DNA of 64,000 nt from Bacteroidia bacterium (lineage in GTDB: Bacteria; Bacteroidota; Bacteroidia; NS11-12g; UBA9320), in NCBI GenBank assembly GCA_965216465.1, contig CBDCFW010000001.1, positions 96,001-160,000 of the forward strand, in the 5' to 3' direction. How positions within the stretch are numbered: position 1 is the stretch's first letter; each line of letters opens with the position of its first letter. The notes beneath the pieces were generated by a model that saw nothing but the letters and a program-made list of their open reading frames with translations, did not search any database and was not told where the DNA came from. Positions 60,905 through 64,000 of this stretch are shown here, in pieces. Position numbers and translations under genes: made by a program.

Positions 60905-62236
60905 ATGAAAATCCGAATCTTACCTACCCTTTTTCTAGCAAGTCTGTTTTTCTTTTCGAGTGCACAGAAGCTTGTACCACCTGATTTAAATGAACATTCT
61001 AAGCAAGTCATAATTGACGTCCCTCTTCAACCGGAACTTAAGAACAAGTGGGGCTCTCTAGGTTGGTTAAGCCCAGTTAGCATGTGGGAAGCACAAGGAG
61101 CATTCTGGCAAGGGTCCACATTAACACTCTTGTTTCCTGATTCAACCGTTTTAATCAATTTATCAGATACAGCTGCCTATCCAATTAATACACATCTAAT
61201 TGGAACGGTCTTTGAACCAACAGAACCATTTTATAAAGAGCTATCTCGAGATCAAAGACTTGTAAGTAGAATTTCGCCATACCATGTTGATTCCGTACGT
61301 TTTAAGTTTGGTTATTTCAGAAATGTTGACTCAATTATTGTCAATCAAGTTAAAACTGAGGTTGTGGACACTTGTGTTGTTCACTTTTATAATTCTGATA
61401 ATCTTCAAAGATGGTATGTTGGAATAGCGGGCAACTGGGAAGATCATGTATTTACCATTCCCAACGAAAATGATTTTAATGCAAGGGCCTCGGGTCCCAT
61501 GGAAAACATTTGGAACGACACAATTTTATTAACGAAATCTATTGCTACACCCATATACAATCAAGGTTACTTTATGGCTAAATCTGTTGCTATCGCAATC
61601 CCATACAATGTTCGCGAAATTCCTCCTAACATAAACTTGGATGGGGCTCAAACAATTGGTGTATCTATAATATATAAGCCTATGCAGGTATACCAAAAAG
61701 GTGATACGCTTATAAATTTTGACACAACTCTTCATGTCAAAAATAAGCTAAACTCCTTCGGAACAATAACTTATGCCAATGAAGGAACTCCGATCACCCA
61801 AAATAGGTTTGCGAATAATTCATTTATAACTAATACTAAATTACTGAGTGGAGGCTTGTATAAAAGTCTTAAAGGGTATTATCCAACTTTAAAGAACTTT
61901 AGTTGGAATACGGATGTATTTTTTGATGCTGAGTTCTGCATTGAAACATTTGGGAATATAGATGATGACAAAATTCTCCATCTAACAATACAAGCCTCTC
62001 CCAACCCTATCCAACAAGGAGAGCTTCTAAATCTTCAAGTCGACCAAAATGTAGCAATTTCAGAATTTGATGTAAGCCTGCATAACCTACTCGGTGCAAA
62101 AGTAGATGTAAATGTAATTCCTAAGGGAAATAATAAGTTCTGCCTAGAAACGAACTCGCTGGTGCCCGGCGTTTATTTTGTATCCATCAATACTCTAGGT
62201 GCCAATGGAACGTACAAACTCACTGTTATGCGTTAA
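60905..62236 (+). CDS. T9SS type A cargo protein, paralog 2
   Basis: Shares GWLSPVSMWEAQGAFWQ, GTVFEPTEPFYKE, GNWEDHVFT and WNDTILLT with the upstream gene; SPNP CTD. Start at ATG 60905. Confidence 0.8.
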   Translation: MKIRILPTLFLASLFFFSSAQKLVPPDLNEHSKQVIIDVPLQPELKNKWGSLGWLSPVSMWEAQGAFWQGSTLTLLFPDSTVLINLSDTAAYPINTHLIGTVFEPTEPFYKELSRDQRLVSRISPYHVDSVRFKFGYFRNVDSIIVNQVKTEVVDTCVVHFYNSDNLQRWYVGIAGNWEDHVFTIPNENDFNARASGPMENIWNDTILLTKSIATPIYNQGYFMAKSVAIAIPYNVREIPPNINLDGAQTIGVSIIYKPMQVYQKGDTLINFDTTLHVKNKLNSFGTITYANEGTPITQNRFANNSFITNTKLLSGGLYKSLKGYYPTLKNFSWNTDVFFDAEFCIETFGNIDDDKILHLTIQASPNPIQQGELLNLQVDQNVAISEFDVSLHNLLGAKVDVNVIPKGNNKFCLETNSLVPGVYFVSINTLGANGTYKLTVMR

Positions 62237-62817
62237 AATATTCCTATTGTTGGGGTGTTGATGATGTCTTCAACAGATGGACTTCCATCCAATATATCAT
62301 CCTTTAACCCATTTAGTGTGTCTTTTGTTTCCTTGCTCAAAACCTCCTGCATTTCTTCAATAAAATCACCAGAAACTACAATGGGTGAATGCTCGTAAAG
62401 CAATCCACCGTTTTCAACAATACCGCTTACGTTATATTCATTGCACAACCGAACTTCTTTGCCGGTAAAGGTGCATCTTTCGGTCCATGCAGCGATATCG
62501 TACCGCTCAGCGGCATGCAAATAGTCAAGCTTCATGATTACATTTTCATTGTACGATTGATACAACTCTACAATGCTTTGCTTCGATTCTTCAGAAATCT
62601 CACCACTCATGTTCGATACACAGTCCCAGCAAATAGCATATTCATAAACAATTTCTGATTTATTCAATACCTTATTCTGCTTAATCACTTTCTCTACCGC
62701 ATATCGCTCAGCATCAGCTAAACCGTTGCCACACAACGAACAATGCTCGAATGGCTCACCTGTATCATAACTCTTAAAGAGGTCAGGAATAGAATCACTT
62801 AAAAATTTTCGAATCAT
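62233..62817 (-). CDS. Hypothetical protein with CxxC motifs (putative zinc binding)
   Basis: CSLC, EYAICWDC, CTFTG, LSKETK. Confidence 0.65.
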   Translation of the reverse strand: MIRKFLSDSIPDLFKSYDTGEPFEHCSLCGNGLADAERYAVEKVIKQNKVLNKSEIVYEYAICWDCVSNMSGEISEESKQSIVELYQSYNENVIMKLDYLHAAERYDIAAWTERCTFTGKEVRLCNEYNVSGIVENGGLLYEHSPIVVSGDFIEEMQEVLSKETKDTLNGLKDDILDGSPSVEDIINTPTIGIF

Positions 62818-62865
62818 ATAAACTTTACTTCGGTAAAAGTATTACTTTTGCAAAAATTTTTAGCA

Positions 62866-63135
62866 ATGGGCGTTACAAGATTAGAAAGAAAAGGTAGAAA
62901 AAATAAAACTGTAGCAAAGGTTAGAGTTGCAACTATCAAGAGATTGAAAAGAAAGGTTACTGTTGAGTCGCCTAACAAAGAAGAATCAGGAGTTGTTGTT
63001 GGAGACGTAATGGACGTGCTTAACAACATGAACAGCAAGCCAGCTAAAAAAGCTCCTAAAGCTAAGAAAGAAGAAGCACCAGCGGTAGAAGAAGCTCCTG
63101 TAGCTGAAGCAGCTGGAAGCGGTGAAGAAGAATAA
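62866..63135 (+). CDS. Small protein with basic N-terminus and acidic tail
   Basis: MGVTRLERKGRKNK..; own -7 box TACTTTTG (62843-62850) and terminator. Confidence 0.75.
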   Translation: MGVTRLERKGRKNKTVAKVRVATIKRLKRKVTVESPNKEESGVVVGDVMDVLNNMNSKPAKKAPKAKKEEAPAVEEAPVAEAAGSGEEE

Positions 63136-63156
63136 AATACCAATATTTATAAATAG

Positions 63157-63187
63157 AAAAAGCCTCAGCAAATGCTGAGGCTTTTTT
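63157..63187. terminator. Bidirectional intrinsic terminator
   Basis: AAAAAGCCTCAGC-AAAT-GCTGAGGCTTTTTT between convergent genes. Confidence 0.85.
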
Positions 63188-63206
63188 ATTATCATCTTAT
63201 TTCAGC

Positions 63207-64000
63207 TTAAACTATAAGTTCTTTAATGTCCAATTTAATCTTATTGGCTAAACTGTCTGCCACACGAAGTGTAGATCCTTCAGCATAAATACGGATTATT
63301 GGTTCTGTATTTGACTTTCTAAGATGCACCCACTCTTGATCAAACTCTATTTTAACACCATCAATAGTATTAATAGGTTGGCTTTTGTATTTCTCTTGAA
63401 GCTTATCAAGAATTAAGTCTACATCGATATCTGGAGTAAGGTCTATTTTATTCTTGCTGATAATGTAACTTGGGTAAGAAGCTTTTAAGTGACTCATTGG
63501 GCGGTTGCTCGTTGCCAAATGGCTTAAGAACAAGGCAATACCTACCAACGCATCTCTACCGTAATGTAATTCTGGATAGATTATCCCGCCATTTCCTTCT
63601 CCTCCTATCACAGCATTTACCTCTTTCATCATCTTAACAACGTTCACCTCTCCTACTGCACTGGCTGAATAACTACCGCCATTTTTCTCTGTAACATCAC
63701 GCAAGGCACGCGTAGATGAAAGATTTGAAACTGTATTTCCTTTATTATGGTGCAACACGTAGTCAGAAACGGCTACAAGGGTATACTCTTCGCCAAACAT
63801 CTCACCATCTTCATTCACAAATGCCAGTCGATCAACATCTGGATCGACTGTAATGCCTAAATGGGCTTTGTTTGCCAATACTGCTTCAGATAAGTCTTTT
63901 AAGTGTTCTGGAAGTGGTTCTGGATTGTGCGGAAAATGTCCTGTTGGTTCACAATAAAGTTCAACAATATTGTTAACTCCTAGTGCTTTTAGAAGCTTAG
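63207..64000 (-). CDS. glmM: Phosphoglucosamine mutase / phosphohexomutase (5' part beyond window)
   Basis: FPHNPEP, DPDVDR, GGEGNGG, RKSNTEP; frame open to the window end. Confidence 0.85.
   Translation of the reverse strand, partial: KLLKALGVNNIVELYCEPTGHFPHNPEPLPEHLKDLSEAVLANKAHLGITVDPDVDRLAFVNEDGEMFGEEYTLVAVSDYVLHHNKGNTVSNLSSTRALRDVTEKNGGSYSASAVGEVNVVKMMKEVNAVIGGEGNGGIIYPELHYGRDALVGIALFLSHLATSNRPMSHLKASYPSYIISKNKIDLTPDIDVDLILDKLQEKYKSQPINTIDGVKIEFDQEWVHLRKSNTEPIIRIYAEGSTLRVADSLANKIKLDIKELIV

Noticed and set aside
62814-63143. 109-aa minus-strand ORF
   Set aside because: Antisense shadow of the plus-strand small basic protein, which has the promoter and biased codons.

Overview
A 64-kb chromosomal segment of a Bacteroidota bacterium. 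The assignment rests on T9SS C-terminal domains, an ECF/FecR/TonB-receptor locus, TAnnTTTG -7 promoter boxes and the absence of Shine-Dalgarno motifs; finer taxonomy cannot be assigned from sequence alone. Most of it is housekeeping: rpiB, tatC, fabG, ribBA, parA/parB, kdsA, fabI, rimK, mlaE/F, glmM, peptidases and two ABC-F ATPases. An accessory stretch follows tRNA-Cys (11118-17100). Main observations: (1) a candidate ECF-sigma-driven small RNA of about 70 nt (49906-49976) whose GU-rich body is complementary to a motif shared by the translation-initiation regions of two membrane-protein genes in this window; (2) a ~1-kb integrase-less islet in tRNA-Cys carrying only a DUF1778/GNAT toxin-antitoxin pair, with a visible twin operator; (3) a GbsR-type regulon with a clear TTTCA-N8-TGAAA operator; (4) tandem paralogs with His-Thr hexamer repeats; (5) several apparently leaderless genes; (6) three single-base frameshifts in short homopolymers, most simply sequencing errors. 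No CRISPR array, rRNA, integrase or transposase was seen. Products come from motif recognition by eye; no database searches were run.
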